A DNA stretch of 64,000 bases from a bacterium (GTDB lineage: Bacteria > Bacteroidota > Ignavibacteria > UBA10030), in contig JAZDJN010000048.1 of assembly GCA_043803945.1 (NCBI GenBank), positions 1 through 64,000 of the forward strand, written 5' to 3'. The position numbers and the translations under genes were made by a program. Shown piece after piece: positions 1-11,121 of the stretch. Numbering within the stretch: position 1 is the first letter of the stretch; every line of letters begins with the position of its first letter. The notes under the pieces were generated by a model. That model was given only the letters and a program-made list of their open reading frames with translations. It was not told the DNA's origin and did not search any database.

Positions 1-2319
1 GAATTGAAATAATGTTAAATGAATCACTCCCCTTCATTGTGTACCTGATTCAGTCGAACCAGAGTGGAATTGAAATACGCCTCAACTTCAGGTGGTAAGT
101 AAAGTTCATCCAGATTCAGTCGAACCAGAGTGGAATTGAAATACAATCTTACCATCGGCGATTCATTAAGGTTGACAAGATTCAGTCGAACCAGAGTGGA
201 ATTGAAATTTTTACTGAGCATATAAGCGAGATTAAGATTGTAAAGATTCAGTCGAACCAGAGTGGAATTGAAATGCGATCGCGGATACAAAGGGATGGTG
301 TTGGAATATAGATTCAGTCGAACCAGAGTGGAATTGAAATCTTTTTTCGATTGCACATGTTGATGATTTTGATGAAGATTCAGTCGAACCAGAGTGGAAT
401 TGAAATTTTGAATATTCCTTCGCGTGAATACTCCGGTAGAGGGATTCAGTCGAACCAGAGTGGAATTGAAATAATATTCAAAGTTGAAAACAAGTGACTC
501 TCGAATCGGATTCAGTCGAACCAGAGTGGAATTGAAATCGAATCATAGATAGAGTAAACTCCGTCAATTCCAAAGATTCAGTCGAACCAGAGTGGAATTG
601 AAATGTTGCGTATTCCTTCGCAAGGATAACGATGTTCTGCGATTCAGTCGAACCAGAGTGGAATTGAAATGTCGCGTCGTTGTATTTGTAAGTGAAATCT
701 TGAGCGGATTCAGTCGAACCAGAGTGGAATTGAAATATATCAACACCTTCCGAGGCTATGTATAAATAATTAGATTCAGTCGAACCAGAGTGGAATTGAA
801 ATTCGCTTTGTCAACAACGGTATCATCCGTAGAAGTTAGATTCAGTCGAACCAGAGTGGAATTGAAATGCCTCTACCGTCGGCGTAGACGGAACAGTAGA
901 TACAGATTCAGTCGAACCAGAGTGGAATTGAAATCTCGCACTTGTTGCCGATAGTGTATCACCCGGGAATGATTCAGTCGAACCAGAGTGGAATTGAAAT
1001 TTTGACAAGGCTGTGTTGACATGCTACAACTTTACAGATTCAGTCGAACCAGAGTGGAATTGAAATCGGGGGGGTTTAGTGGACTGAGCGTCAGTGTTAC
1101 GGATTCAGTCGAACCAGAGTGGAATTGAAATGCTACGTTCTTCAGCGCGAATATCACAGGAATACACGATTCAGTCGAACCAGAGTGGAATTGAAATTGT
1201 TTTTTACTGTGCATATCCTCGATTGACGAATATGGATTCAGTCGAACCAGAGTGGAATTGAAATTTCGTTTTGTCATGTCATTTCTCCTCATCGTTTGTA
1301 GATTCAGTCGAACCAGAGTGGAATTGAAATGCCCCATTCCACGAGGCTATCGACGTCACCTAAATCGATTCAGTCGAACCAGAGTGGAATTGAAATACTT
1401 TTACAAGCTGGCCCCGCTTGGTTTGTGATGTCGATTCAGTCGAACCAGAGTGGAATTGAAATTATTCTACCGGTAAGGTTTGTGTAAACTCTTACATCGA
1501 TTCAGTCGAACCAGAGTGGAATTGAAATAATGCTTCGGCATTGGTGATAATACCACCGATTCGGATTCAGTCGAACCAGAGTGGAATTGAAATACTCTTC
1601 TTTAATTATTCTTTGACCACATGTCTCAGATTCAGTCGAACCAGAGTGGAATTGAAATTGAATAATCCCCGCCACTTGCCGTATAGGTCAATGTTGATTC
1701 AGTCGAACCAGAGTGGAATTGAAATGATACAAGTGGAATAGTTGCTTTAACATTAAATTTGGATTCAGTCGAACCAGAGTGGAATTGAAATTCCTTTCTT
1801 ATCGCAAGCCAAACTGCGGCATCGCCTGATTCAGTCGAACCAGAGTGGAATTGAAATTATCATGGGATGATGGCATTGCTATACCTTCTTATTGATTCAG
1901 TCGAACCAGAGTGGAATTGAAATCACGAACGCATAACAAGCGTAAGCACGACAATTACTGATTCAGTCGAACCAGAGTGGAATTGAAATCGTATGAAGCG
2001 AACTTCTCCCTTCATCACAAAGTCAGATTCAGTCGAACCAGAGTGGAATTGAAATCACTCCTGACAACACAAGCCCCTATACCGCTTTATCGATTCAGTC
2101 GAACCAGAGTGGAATTGAAATTCACCTACGCCCGCCGGTATGCTTATTCAGCTATGCGATTCAGTCGAACCAGAGTGGAATTGAAATAACGGAAAGAATC
2201 ATTATTTTGATTTGGTGCAATATGATTCAGTCGAACCAGAGTGGAATTGAAATGATATATGAACCTGTAATGACCTTTATCCATAATTCGATTCAGTCGA
2301 ACCAGAGTGGAATTGAAAC
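1..2319 (+). CRISPR. CRISPR array (trailer part); repeat GATTCAGTCGAACCAGAGTGGAATTGAAAT
   Basis: Partial repeat at 1-10, then 35 complete 30-bp repeats (47-76 to 2290-2319) separated by 35 unique spacers of 35-37 bp, mostly 36. The ATTGAAAN 3' end is typical of Cas6-processed class 1 (I-B/III) repeats. Only the last repeat differs (ends ATTGAAAC), consistent with a trailer end. Confidence 0.99.
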
Positions 2320-2664
2320 TCACTTTCCGATTTTGGGATTGATGTAGACCCAGGATTTCGATGAATTTCCAGTTGATGCGACTCCGCCATTTACACCAAT
2401 TTTTATCGTGGGTGTCGTATGTTCGATCGAAACGGCGGCGTCACTAAATCCAATGGCATCGACTCCAGTGATATTGCTGGAGCAATCACGGTTGACATGA
2501 GCATATTGTCCTCTACCGGCACCGAATGACACAATGGTGCTCGATGTGTCGGCAGGATTAGGTGAAAACCCCACAACATAAAGAAATGTAAATGAAGGAT
2601 AGATGACGATTGAGAAATATCATCGGGGAATAAAATGTGAGTGAGATGGTTGATACTTGGTCAT
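2320..2664 (-). pseudogene. Disrupted gene for a putative exported/beta-rich protein, ending at the terminal CRISPR repeat
   Basis: AAAGGA RBS then ATG at 2664, in frame with the 84-aa ORF 2320-2574. In-frame TGA at 2620-2622. Final TGA (2320-2322) directly abuts the last repeat. Confidence 0.55.
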
Positions 2665-2886
2665 GGGATGTTCCTTTCAAAATGTCTACAGCAACATTCG
2701 AAAAATTCCCATCAACACTTGTCATGATTATGTCAAAGAGAAGTTAAAATTTGAGGATAATTTCGAGGAGTACGAGTGGAGTAATATTTGTCCAAGAGGG
2801 GAAAGTCTCAGACTCGGTGGTGTATTCCCCGTATCGATTCCATTCGGTCGAGGTCTTCTTGTGAACTAAAAGCACTTCACTGGCGG

Positions 2887-3657
2887 TTAGAGAAAGAATT
2901 TCTCTCCGTTCTTTAAAATGTGGACCTGTTCCGAGACTCCATATTCTACCGCCTCACTTCTAAGCCATTCCGGCGGCTCGCTCATCAGCTCATCACTGAT
3001 CTTGAATGTCCCCCAGTGAATTGGCACCAGATGCTTCGCTCTCAAGTCCGCCATCGCCTGGATTGCGGTTTTCGGATTCAGGTGAATATCCTTAAACCAA
3101 TCAAATGGTTTGTATGCTCCGATAGGAAGAAGAGCTACATCGATATTGAACTTCTCTCCCAGCGCCTTGAAGTCGGGTGAATATGCAGTATCGCCGGCGA
3201 AGTAGATACATGCTCCTTCATACTCTATGCAATACCCGCAGGCGATTGAACGGTTTCGATCCCAGAACATCCGTGTCCCTCGATGCTTTGCAGGAACACA
3301 TGTGATAGTGAGGTTCTCAAATTCCGATCGTTCCCACCACTCCATTTCCTGTACTGTTGAGAACCCTGCACGCACTCCATAGTTTTTCAATCCCCTTGGA
3401 ACAAGTACAGTCGACTGATTTTTTCGACTCAATTGCCGCAAGGTTTTCATATTAAGATGATCATAATCGTTGTGCGAGAGAAGAATGAAATCGATTGGCG
3501 GCAATTCATCGAATGGAATGCCGCGTTTTCGCAACCTGGGAATGTAATACGAAATCGCTAATGTATACACGGGATCGGTAAGAATGGTATAATCCTCAAA
3601 TTGAATTAACACTGTCGCATGATTGATGTAAGTAATTGTATTCAATGCAAAATTCAA
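2887..3657 (-). CDS. MBL-fold metallo-hydrolase (RomA/NAPE-PLD-like)
   Basis: SHNDYDH metal motif, AGDT, PIGAY and PIHWGTF motifs; start uncertain (TTG 3657 or 3645). Confidence 0.9.
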   Translation of the reverse strand: MNFALNTITYINHATVLIQFEDYTILTDPVYTLAISYYIPRLRKRGIPFDELPPIDFILLSHNDYDHLNMKTLRQLSRKNQSTVLVPRGLKNYGVRAGFSTVQEMEWWERSEFENLTITCVPAKHRGTRMFWDRNRSIACGYCIEYEGACIYFAGDTAYSPDFKALGEKFNIDVALLPIGAYKPFDWFKDIHLNPKTAIQAMADLRAKHLVPIHWGTFKISDELMSEPPEWLRSEAVEYGVSEQVHILKNGEKFFL

Positions 3658-3734
3658 AAGGAAAAATTCAAAAGGAAAAATTCAAAAGGAAAATAATTGG
3701 CAAATCGTAAATCGTCAATCGGAAATCGAAATTC
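3649..3734. repeat. Short tandem repeats: 3 x AAAATTCAAAAGGA, then degenerate AAATCGN heptamers
   Basis: Read directly: 14-mers at 3649-3690, heptamer run at about 3702-3734. Confidence 0.85.
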
Positions 3735-3900
3735 ATCAACCTCTGTGTTTATTCGTGCCCCTTATTGGACTTATTATGAGTGAGACGCTTCAATCTACGG
3801 AGAAATAAGAATGCCATGCAACTGTGACTCCATATCCCCTGGAGCAGGAAGAAGAAACCCGTTTCTTTCAACGGCATTTTTTTTTTACCTTCATACTACT

Positions 3901-4860
3901 ATGAATACCGAACAATCACCTCATGTCATTGGGATTGATTTAGGCGGCACAACGATTAAGGGCGGTTTGGTTGCGGCCGATGGTTCGATCCTCTATCAAA
4001 ATAAATTTCCCACCCTTGCCGATCAGGGCCCTCAGAGCGTGATCAGCCAAATTGCACTCTCGATTCGGGATGTAAGGGATCACGCAAATGGAGCGATCAT
4101 AGGCGGCATCGGCATCGGAGCACCTGGTGTTGTTGATGACGAGGGCGTCGTGAAGGCACCCCCCAACTTTTCTGATTGGGATGAAGTGCGGCTCAAAACT
4201 GAGATCGAGAAGCTTTTTCCGGGCTTCCCTGTTGGTGTCGAGAACGATGCAAATGCCGCGGCCATTGGTGAGGCGAAATATGGAGCCGGTATCCATCATC
4301 CGAACTTTCTCTTTGTTATCTGGGGCACGGGAGTGGGGGGCGGGATAATTCTCAATCATAAAATTTTTCGCGGCCCAACAGGTGGAGCCGGCGAGATTGG
4401 GCATATTTCCATCGACCATCAAGGCCCTCCATGCAACTGCGGAAACATTGGCTGCGTAGAAGCGTATGTTGGCCAGCGCTATCTTTCGCAGCGAACTGCT
4501 GAGCGGTTGAATGAGCATCCTGACTCGAAGCTTCTGGAATTCGTCCAGGGTGATGCGAGCAAAATTGAGCCATACTACATATCGCAGGCGGCACATGACG
4601 GGGATGCCTTTGCCCGTGAAATTCTTATTGAAGCCGGAACACTTCTTGGTGTTGCACTTGCTGCCGTGATGAACATTCTGGATCTTCGGGTCAGCATCAT
4701 CGGCGGGGGGATCTCCGCTGCCGGGGATTTTGTGATGCAAGCGGTTGAGGATTCTGTGCGCGCCCATGTGCTCAAACCGCTGCGGAATGAAATCCGTGTC
4801 CTGCCCGCACAGTTGGGAAATACTGCCGGGATTCTTGGCGCAGCCGGACTCGTGCAGTAA
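3901..4860 (+). CDS. ROK family sugar kinase (glucokinase-like)
   Basis: GIDLGGT, ENDANAAA, GTGVGGG, GEIGH and CNCGNIGCVE motifs; ATG 3901 preferred over 3811. Confidence 0.93.
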   Translation: MNTEQSPHVIGIDLGGTTIKGGLVAADGSILYQNKFPTLADQGPQSVISQIALSIRDVRDHANGAIIGGIGIGAPGVVDDEGVVKAPPNFSDWDEVRLKTEIEKLFPGFPVGVENDANAAAIGEAKYGAGIHHPNFLFVIWGTGVGGGIILNHKIFRGPTGGAGEIGHISIDHQGPPCNCGNIGCVEAYVGQRYLSQRTAERLNEHPDSKLLEFVQGDASKIEPYYISQAAHDGDAFAREILIEAGTLLGVALAAVMNILDLRVSIIGGGISAAGDFVMQAVEDSVRAHVLKPLRNEIRVLPAQLGNTAGILGAAGLVQ

Positions 4861-4923
4861 ACGAGAGGTTCATAAACTCTTCCTTGAGGACTTGGTCGAA
4901 ATGTATAGAAAATATTTAACCAC

Positions 4924-5046
4924 GAAGGACACGAAGGCAAAGCTGTAAAAATGAAAAAATATCAAATCAATATATTTTCATTTTATCCTTTGTATTCTTG
5001 GTGTCCTTCCCGCCTGCCAAAAAGGATTCTTTGCGGCGGGCAGGCG
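4924..5046. repeat. Small intergenic inverted repeats (REP-like)
   Basis: GAAGGACACGAAG (4924-4936) vs CTTGGTGTCCTTC (4997-5009); CGCCTGCC (5011-5018) vs GGCAGGCG (5039-5046). Confidence 0.5.
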
Positions 5047-5079
5047 TGGTTGGACTTTTTGTCCAAGTTTCTCGGCACA

Positions 5080-7641
5080 TTGAAGATTATTGTTCTCCTC
5101 CTCATCGCCGGAAGTGTTTCTCTCTTCTCTCAAACTCAACAGAAAGCGGTCAGCGATACATCGCGCTCCACTGCCTCTGCTCAAACCGATTCACTGAAGT
5201 CGACTAAATCTGGAATTGATACAACGGTAGTCTACTCGGCATCGGACTCGATCCTCTATTCAATGCGTACGCGCACCATGCAGCTCTTCGGTAAAGGAGA
5301 CCTCTCCTATCGCACGATGGGATTGAAAGCGGAACGGATTCAGATCAACTGGGAATCCTCAAATTTATATGCAGAAGGCATCAAAGACACTGCCGATAAA
5401 TCAGGCAGGAAAATGACCGGCACTCCACTTCTTAAAGATGGCGGAGAAGAATATAAAGGCAAGGAGGTCAGTTATAACTTTAAAACAAAAAAGGGGAAGA
5501 TCGACGTCGGCGATACCGAAATCGAGCAGGGGTACTACCACGGCGAAGCAATCAAGAAGGTGGAGCCTGAAGTGCTCTTTGTCGCCAATGGGCGCTATAC
5601 TACATGCGATGCCGAACAGCCGCATTACTATTTCAGCAGTTCGAAGATGAAAGTTGTTATGCACGATCATATCGTTGCCGAGCCGATCACCTTTTATATC
5701 GCCGATATCCCCGTCTTCGCACTGCCGTTCGGGGTCTTTCCAAACAAAGCAGGGAGGCGTTCGGGTTTGATCGCGCCGGCGTACGGTGAAGACTTTCGCC
5801 GCGGCCGTTTCCTCAGCCATTTCGGTTACTACTGGGCAATGAATGATTACATGGATCTTGCCAGTTCGTTCGACTGGTATATGCGCGGCGGCTGGCTTAA
5901 TCGGACTGCCTTCCAGTACAATGTCCGTTATCAATTCAGCGGAATGGTGCGGATGGAATATTCCGATCTCTATACCGGTGAATCCGGCGATCCGGGCAGA
6001 ACGCGCCAGAATGATTACTATCTGAGCATCAATCACAATCAGCAATTCAACCCAACGATGAGGCTCGATGTTAACTTCTCCTTCTCGTCAGGCACACACT
6101 TTCAGAATACGAGCTTCAATCTTGATGAATTGTTGAGACAAAACATTGTTTCGACGGCGACATTGACAAAGCGATGGGAAGATGGGGATCGAAACCTCAC
6201 CGTAAGCATATACCGGGACCAGAACCTCCAATCGGGAGATGTTGCTGAGCGGATGCCCTCCATCTCGTTTTCACAAGGGCTCTGGTTTCCATTCCGGAGA
6301 GCTTCGAAAGGGTCTCAATCGGGGAGTGAATCGGATTATGGCTGGTATGAAAATATCGGAATCAACTACAGCGGAGAGGCGCAGGGCAATCGTTCGAAAC
6401 TCTCAACGTTGAATTCTGCTAACGAAAAACAAACAACTATCAATGAAAACTATGGTGCAAACCATTCACTCTCATTTTCATTCTCACCGAAAGCAGGGTA
6501 TTTCACCATCAGCCCGACTTTTGGGTACAATGAAAAATGGTATGTCAAGAAAATTGATCGCGACAGCACAGGTGATCATAAAATTAATGGATTCTTTCCC
6601 GTGCGGACATTCAGCAGTGGTATCGGATTATCGACACGGCTTTTCGGAATTTTTCAACCCCAGGTATTCGGTATTACCGGAATCCGGCATACGGTAACAC
6701 CGACCGTCTCATTCAGCTATACACCGGATTTTTCCAGCACGAACTTCGGCTACTGGGGAACCTATGTGGACACCAATAAGAAGGTTGTCCAGTATGATCA
6801 TTTTGAGAAGGAGATCTACGGCGGCGCGCCCAGAGGATTAACCCAGAGTTTGAACTTCAGTGTCGGCAACCTCTTCGAGATGAAATATCAATCAGCAGAT
6901 ACGGCGGAGAAGGAAAAGAAAATTCAGTTGATGAATATCGGAGCCAATCTCTCCTACAATTTTGCCGCGGATAGCATGCGCCTTTCCGACCTGTCAATTT
7001 CTTACAGAACCGATATTGGCAGCATCCTGAGTCTGAGCGCCGGTACCACGCATAACTTTTATGTGTTCGATACGACAGCAGGAAGGAGAGTGAACCGGTT
7101 TTTGTGGAGCGACCGTCGACGGCTCTTCGATGTCACCAGTGTGTCATTTAATGTTTCCACATCGTTAAGCGGAGAACGAAAAACTCAGACCCAATCCACT
7201 TCCAAGAGCCAGCCTGCCGGCGATCAATCAACGCTCAAACAGATGAATCCTCAACAGGGCATGATGCCGGGCGTTCCGCGTGTCGTCGATGAGAACGCTT
7301 CCGATTTCAGTATTCCATGGAATCTCAGTTTGAGTTATACCTTCTCGCAGAGCACGCCGAATCCCAACCAAACATTTCGTTCCTCCTCGATGAACGCAAA
7401 TCTTTCCTTCAACCTCACTGAGTATTGGAGAATCACAGCATCGGGGAATTATGATTTTACGATGAAGCAGTTCTCGGCACCCAGTGTCTCGGTTCTCCGC
7501 GATCTCCATTGTTGGGAGATGCGGTTCGACTGGGTTCCACTCGGACCCTACCGCTATTACCGCTTTGAGATTCGCGTTAAAGCACCTCAGCTTCAGGATA
7601 TCAAACTGACAAAGCAGGGAAGTGAACGGGGTGTGTACTAA
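5080..7641 (+). CDS. Putative LPS-assembly outer membrane protein (LptD/OstA-like)
   Basis: Signal peptide from TTG 5080; YTTCD..PHY motif; beta-barrel-type sequence; C-terminal RDLHCW motif. The ORF is open from 4951. Confidence 0.85.
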   Translation: MKIIVLLLIAGSVSLFSQTQQKAVSDTSRSTASAQTDSLKSTKSGIDTTVVYSASDSILYSMRTRTMQLFGKGDLSYRTMGLKAERIQINWESSNLYAEGIKDTADKSGRKMTGTPLLKDGGEEYKGKEVSYNFKTKKGKIDVGDTEIEQGYYHGEAIKKVEPEVLFVANGRYTTCDAEQPHYYFSSSKMKVVMHDHIVAEPITFYIADIPVFALPFGVFPNKAGRRSGLIAPAYGEDFRRGRFLSHFGYYWAMNDYMDLASSFDWYMRGGWLNRTAFQYNVRYQFSGMVRMEYSDLYTGESGDPGRTRQNDYYLSINHNQQFNPTMRLDVNFSFSSGTHFQNTSFNLDELLRQNIVSTATLTKRWEDGDRNLTVSIYRDQNLQSGDVAERMPSISFSQGLWFPFRRASKGSQSGSESDYGWYENIGINYSGEAQGNRSKLSTLNSANEKQTTINENYGANHSLSFSFSPKAGYFTISPTFGYNEKWYVKKIDRDSTGDHKINGFFPVRTFSSGIGLSTRLFGIFQPQVFGITGIRHTVTPTVSFSYTPDFSSTNFGYWGTYVDTNKKVVQYDHFEKEIYGGAPRGLTQSLNFSVGNLFEMKYQSADTAEKEKKIQLMNIGANLSYNFAADSMRLSDLSISYRTDIGSILSLSAGTTHNFYVFDTTAGRRVNRFLWSDRRRLFDVTSVSFNVSTSLSGERKTQTQSTSKSQPAGDQSTLKQMNPQQGMMPGVPRVVDENASDFSIPWNLSLSYTFSQSTPNPNQTFRSSSMNANLSFNLTEYWRITASGNYDFTMKQFSAPSVSVLRDLHCWEMRFDWVPLGPYRYYRFEIRVKAPQLQDIKLTKQGSERGVY

Positions 7642-7705
7642 GTACGGACTGGCTTCTCCGACCGTATTGTCTCTCTATGCAGGTACTGAAATGAGGTGAA
7701 ATCCA

Positions 7706-8965
7706 TCAGGCGGATTTTCGTTCCTCGTAGAGATAGATCGGCTCTTTTGACTTTATAATGGTTTCCTTGGTGATGATACATTTCGAGACATTCTGCCGGG
7801 AGGGCAATTGATACATAATATCGAGCATGATATCTTCGATGATGGAACGAAGTGCGCGAGCACCTGTTCCCCGCATCATCGCCCTCTCAACAACCGATTT
7901 CAGCGCCGCCGGCTCAAACTCGAGATCAACACCTTCCATCATAAACAATTTCTTGAACTGTTTCACCAGAGCGTTCCGCGGCTCGGTCATGATATTCAGG
8001 AGAGCTGACTCGTTCAGAGAATGCAGTGAGGTAATAACGGGCAGGCGGCCGATAAATTCCGGAATCAATCCGTACTTCAACAGGTCATCGGGCTCAACCT
8101 GTTCAAGGTAGACGTCCACCATCTGTCCTTTTTTCTCTCTGATGTCCGCTCCAAATCCCATTGGATTCTGACTGACCCGGCGCTCGATAATTTTGTCGAT
8201 CCCTTCAAAGGCACCGCCGCAAATGAACAGGATATTTCGTGTATTAATATTGATCAGACTCTGTTCCGGATGCTTCCGTCCTCCTTTGGGTGGAACACCG
8301 GCGACCGTCCCCTCGAGAATTTTCAGCAGGGCCTGCTGAACACCTTCACCCGAAACATCTCTCGTAATGGAGGCGCTGTCGCTCTTCCTTGTAATCTTAT
8401 CAATTTCATCGATGTAAACAATGCCCCGTTCGGCTTTCTCAATATTGTATTCGGCATTTTGCAGCAGGTACACAAGAATCGTCTCGACATCATCGCCGAC
8501 ATATCCCGCTTCCGTCAATGTTGTGGCATCGGCGATGGCGAAAGGAACATCGAGGATACGTGCCAGCGTTTGGGCAAGGAGGGTCTTGCCGGTCCCTGTG
8601 GGACCAAGGAGCAAGATGTTGCTTTTTTCGATCTCCACTTCATCGAGGTTGTGAAACTGATCACGGGACTCGAGGCGTTTGTAATGGTTGTAGACGGCAA
8701 CGGCGAGCGAGCGCTTCGCATGCTCCTGCCCAATCACATATTCATCAAGGGCTTTCTTTATCTCAATCGGGGTAAGGGTGCCGCGCGCAGCATGCTTCTT
8801 TGCGCTGATGGCGGCCATGTTGTTCTTGATGATATCGATTGAACTCGAAACACACAGATCACAAATGTACACATCCGGGCCGGCGATAATACTGCTCACC
8901 TCTTCTGAGGATCGGCCGCAGAAGGAACACGCGATTTTATCCCCTTGTCTCGATTTTTGACTCAT
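7706..8965 (-). CDS. clpX: ATP-dependent Clp protease ATP-binding subunit
   Basis: N-terminal CSFC..CDLC zinc finger, [19 protein letters not shown]. Confidence 0.98.
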   Translation of the reverse strand: MSQKSRQGDKIACSFCGRSSEEVSSIIAGPDVYICDLCVSSSIDIIKNNMAAISAKKHAARGTLTPIEIKKALDEYVIGQEHAKRSLAVAVYNHYKRLESRDQFHNLDEVEIEKSNILLLGPTGTGKTLLAQTLARILDVPFAIADATTLTEAGYVGDDVETILVYLLQNAEYNIEKAERGIVYIDEIDKITRKSDSASITRDVSGEGVQQALLKILEGTVAGVPPKGGRKHPEQSLININTRNILFICGGAFEGIDKIIERRVSQNPMGFGADIREKKGQMVDVYLEQVEPDDLLKYGLIPEFIGRLPVITSLHSLNESALLNIMTEPRNALVKQFKKLFMMEGVDLEFEPAALKSVVERAMMRGTGARALRSIIEDIMLDIMYQLPSRQNVSKCIITKETIIKSKEPIYLYEERKSA

Positions 8966-8989
8966 ACGATTCCCCTGATCTTCATCCCG

Positions 8990-9625
8990 TTATTTCTTAG
9001 CCTCGATAATCCGTTTTACAAGAATATTATCGATGAGACCGTATTCCTTTGCTTCCTGAGAGGAAAGATAGTAGTCACGGTCAGTATCTGTTTCAACCTG
9101 CTGAACACTCTTGCCGGTGTGGAACGCGAGAATCTCATTGATGCGCTTTTTCGTTTTGAGGATCTCTTCCGCCTGTATGCTGATGTCGGATGCAGTCCCT
9201 TGCACACCACCCCACGGCTGGTGGATCATCACACGCGAGTTTGGAAGCGCAGTTCGTTTGCCTTGCGCACCGCCTCCCAGCAGCACTGCAGCCATGCTTG
9301 CTGCCATGCCGATGCAGATTGTGGAAACGTCAGGCCGAATGTACTGCATCGTATCATAAACCGCAAGGCCCGAGGTGACACTGCCGCCGGGACTGTTGAT
9401 ATAGAGATGGATGTCCTTATCGGGATCTTCCGATTCAAGAAACAAAAGCTGGGCAATGGTCAAACTGGCGATGGTATCGTCAATGGCTGTCCCCAGAAAT
9501 ACAATGCGCTCTTTTAAGAGGCGTGAGTAGATATCGTATGCGCGCTCTCCTCGGCCCGTCTGTTCAACAACCATCGGTACGAGTTGATTGTATAATTCGA
9601 ATTTCCCTGCCTTCATCTTCTTCAC
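8990..9625 (-). CDS. clpP: Clp protease proteolytic subunit
   Basis: [28 protein letters not shown]. Confidence 0.98.
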   Translation of the reverse strand: MKKMKAGKFELYNQLVPMVVEQTGRGERAYDIYSRLLKERIVFLGTAIDDTIASLTIAQLLFLESEDPDKDIHLYINSPGGSVTSGLAVYDTMQYIRPDVSTICIGMAASMAAVLLGGGAQGKRTALPNSRVMIHQPWGGVQGTASDISIQAEEILKTKKRINEILAFHTGKSVQQVETDTDRDYYLSSQEAKEYGLIDNILVKRIIEAKK

Positions 9626-10914
9626 GATCCTTCCTCAAGCGTATTATTCAGTGTGGAGTCGTCGATTTCAGTAATGGTTGCATTCTTTACCAGCAATTCC
9701 ATTAATACATCGCTGACCAATCGATTCTTGATGTGGTCAGACGATTTATAGTAGTTGATTAATCGTTCTTTATCAATACCGATCTTCGGTGCTTCCCGTT
9801 CCGCCAGAGTGACCAGGGCATCCTCGCTGGGTGTAAGATTTTCTTTGGCGATAATCTCCTCACGGAGCAAAGCCCATTTGGATTGGTAAATTGCGTAAGT
9901 GCGGTTCTGTTCAAAAAATTTCTCCTTGTTGAAATCGGGAGGAAATTGCTTATTGGGCTGTTGATTTTTGACATCCTCCAGCAGGTTTTCCAGAACGCTG
10001 CGGGTGAGTGACTCGGGGATCTGGAAATCGTGCATGCGAATCAACTCGCCGATCACACTATTCGTCACGCTCCTGCGGTTCTTTTCTTTCCAGTACGCAT
10101 TAATGTCCTCGCGGATACTGCTTTGGAATTCATCGATCGTTTTGATTTTTTCCTTCGTCACCGTTAGCGCGAAAGCATCATCGAGTGGAGGGAGAAGAAC
10201 TTTGTCCACTTTCTTCACAAATGCTTTAACGTCGACCTTATGGGTGCGTTCGCCATGCTGATGTTCAAATTGAATTCGCAGCTCCTGATTCTTCTCCGCC
10301 GATTTCAAGGCATCCTTGAAGGGTTGTTCGAGCTTCGGATCTGCCAGGTAGAACCGGACATTATCGTTCTTCTTACCGATGATCGGTATTCCCGTATCAT
10401 CCAGGTCCTGAAGGTCGACGGTCACAATAAATTCAGCATCTGTCACGCGATCCGCTTCTTCGGTCGTACTATTGGCACGCTGCAACCTCAGCAGTTCATC
10501 CTCAACCTCAGACTCTTTCATCGTATGAACGACGGTTTCCAGCTTCAGGCCCTTGTATTCTTTGAGCTCGATAGTGGGGCGTACGTCATACTGGATCTTG
10601 AAGCGGAAGAATTCCCCCCGTTTGTAACTCCTATCGACAAGTGTCGGTTCGCCAATGGGCTTGAGCTCCTTATCCTTGATCGCCTGCCGATAAAGTTCGC
10701 CGGCAACCTTATCGAGAGATTCCTCCTCAATCATGTCGCCATAGAATTTTTTTATCAGCTCCAATGGGGCTTTGCCCTTCCGAAAGCCTTTTAATTCAAC
10801 CTTCGGTCTATATTCCTTGTAAGCCTTTTCGAAATGTGGTGTCAGCTCTGCGGCATTTGCCTGAATCTCTACTTCGCATGACACCTCCGATATGGTGTTG
10901 ACAGTAATCTCCAA
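9622..10914 (-). CDS. tig: Trigger factor
   Basis: GFRKGKAP ribosome-binding motif; TTG start at 10914 with AGGAG RBS; conserved tig-clpP-clpX order. Confidence 0.95.
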   Translation of the reverse strand: MEITVNTISEVSCEVEIQANAAELTPHFEKAYKEYRPKVELKGFRKGKAPLELIKKFYGDMIEEESLDKVAGELYRQAIKDKELKPIGEPTLVDRSYKRGEFFRFKIQYDVRPTIELKEYKGLKLETVVHTMKESEVEDELLRLQRANSTTEEADRVTDAEFIVTVDLQDLDDTGIPIIGKKNDNVRFYLADPKLEQPFKDALKSAEKNQELRIQFEHQHGERTHKVDVKAFVKKVDKVLLPPLDDAFALTVTKEKIKTIDEFQSSIREDINAYWKEKNRRSVTNSVIGELIRMHDFQIPESLTRSVLENLLEDVKNQQPNKQFPPDFNKEKFFEQNRTYAIYQSKWALLREEIIAKENLTPSEDALVTLAEREAPKIGIDKERLINYYKSSDHIKNRLVSDVLMELLVKNATITEIDDSTLNNTLEEGS

Positions 10915-10941
10915 CGATGTACTCCTAAGTATGTATAATGG

Positions 10942-10969
10942 AAAAAGGCAGCCTCCATAGGGAGGATGC
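10942..10969 (-). terminator. Terminator-like hairpin after tRNA-Leu
   Basis: GCATCCTCC-CTAT-GGAGGCTGC (one mismatch) followed by CTTTTT on the minus strand. Confidence 0.55.
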
Positions 10970-10990
10970 AAGGCAATACTGTTGCCGTTG

Positions 10991-11072
10991 TGGGCGGAGG
11001 GGGAGTTGAACCCCCACGGGTTACCCCACTAGCTCCTAAGGCTAGCGCGTCTGCCAGTTTCGCCATCCACCC
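10991..11072 (-). tRNA. tRNA-Leu (anticodon TAG), intact, CCA not encoded
   Basis: Acceptor stem GGGTGGA/TCCGCCC, anticodon arm CTAGC-CTTAGGA-GCTAG, long variable arm, T arm GGGGG-TTCAACT-CCCCC. Confidence 0.96.
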
Positions 11073-11077
11073 GTGAA
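11006..11077 (-). repeat. att direct repeat overlapping the intact tRNA (tig-proximal junction)
   Basis: Identical to 17589-17660 except 11023 A vs 17606 T. Confidence 0.93.
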
Positions 11078-11093
11078 AAATAATCAAAAAACG

Positions 11094-11121
11094 TATATAA
11101 AAAAGGGGGACTCAATAGCAA
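11094..11121 (-). promoter_or_regulatory. Candidate element-borne promoter for the intact tRNA
   Basis: TTGCTA-16 nt-TATATA about 20 nt upstream of the tRNA 5' end; imperfect consensus. Confidence 0.4.

Noticed and set aside
1726-1761. Spacer shares TTGCTTTAAC with element DNA near 16400
   Set aside because: Only 10 nt, expected by chance; not self-targeting.
24-2189. ORFs within the CRISPR array (FNSTLVRLN / FSRTRVELK repeats)
   Set aside because: Artefacts of the 66-bp period and stop-free repeat frames.
2620-2622. In-frame TGA as selenocysteine or recoding
   Set aside because: It lies in the N-terminal leader region, no SECIS-like hairpin is evident, and TGA is a normal stop in other genes here.
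2657-2869. 70-aa plus-strand ORF and AT-rich stretch as a gene or CRISPR leader
   Set aside because: No recognisable motif; repeat polarity and the variant last repeat place the leader at the other end.
10869-11087. ORFs 10869-11087 and 17464-17742 sharing HGWMAKLADALALGASG
   Set aside because: These are translations of the duplicated tRNA sequence.
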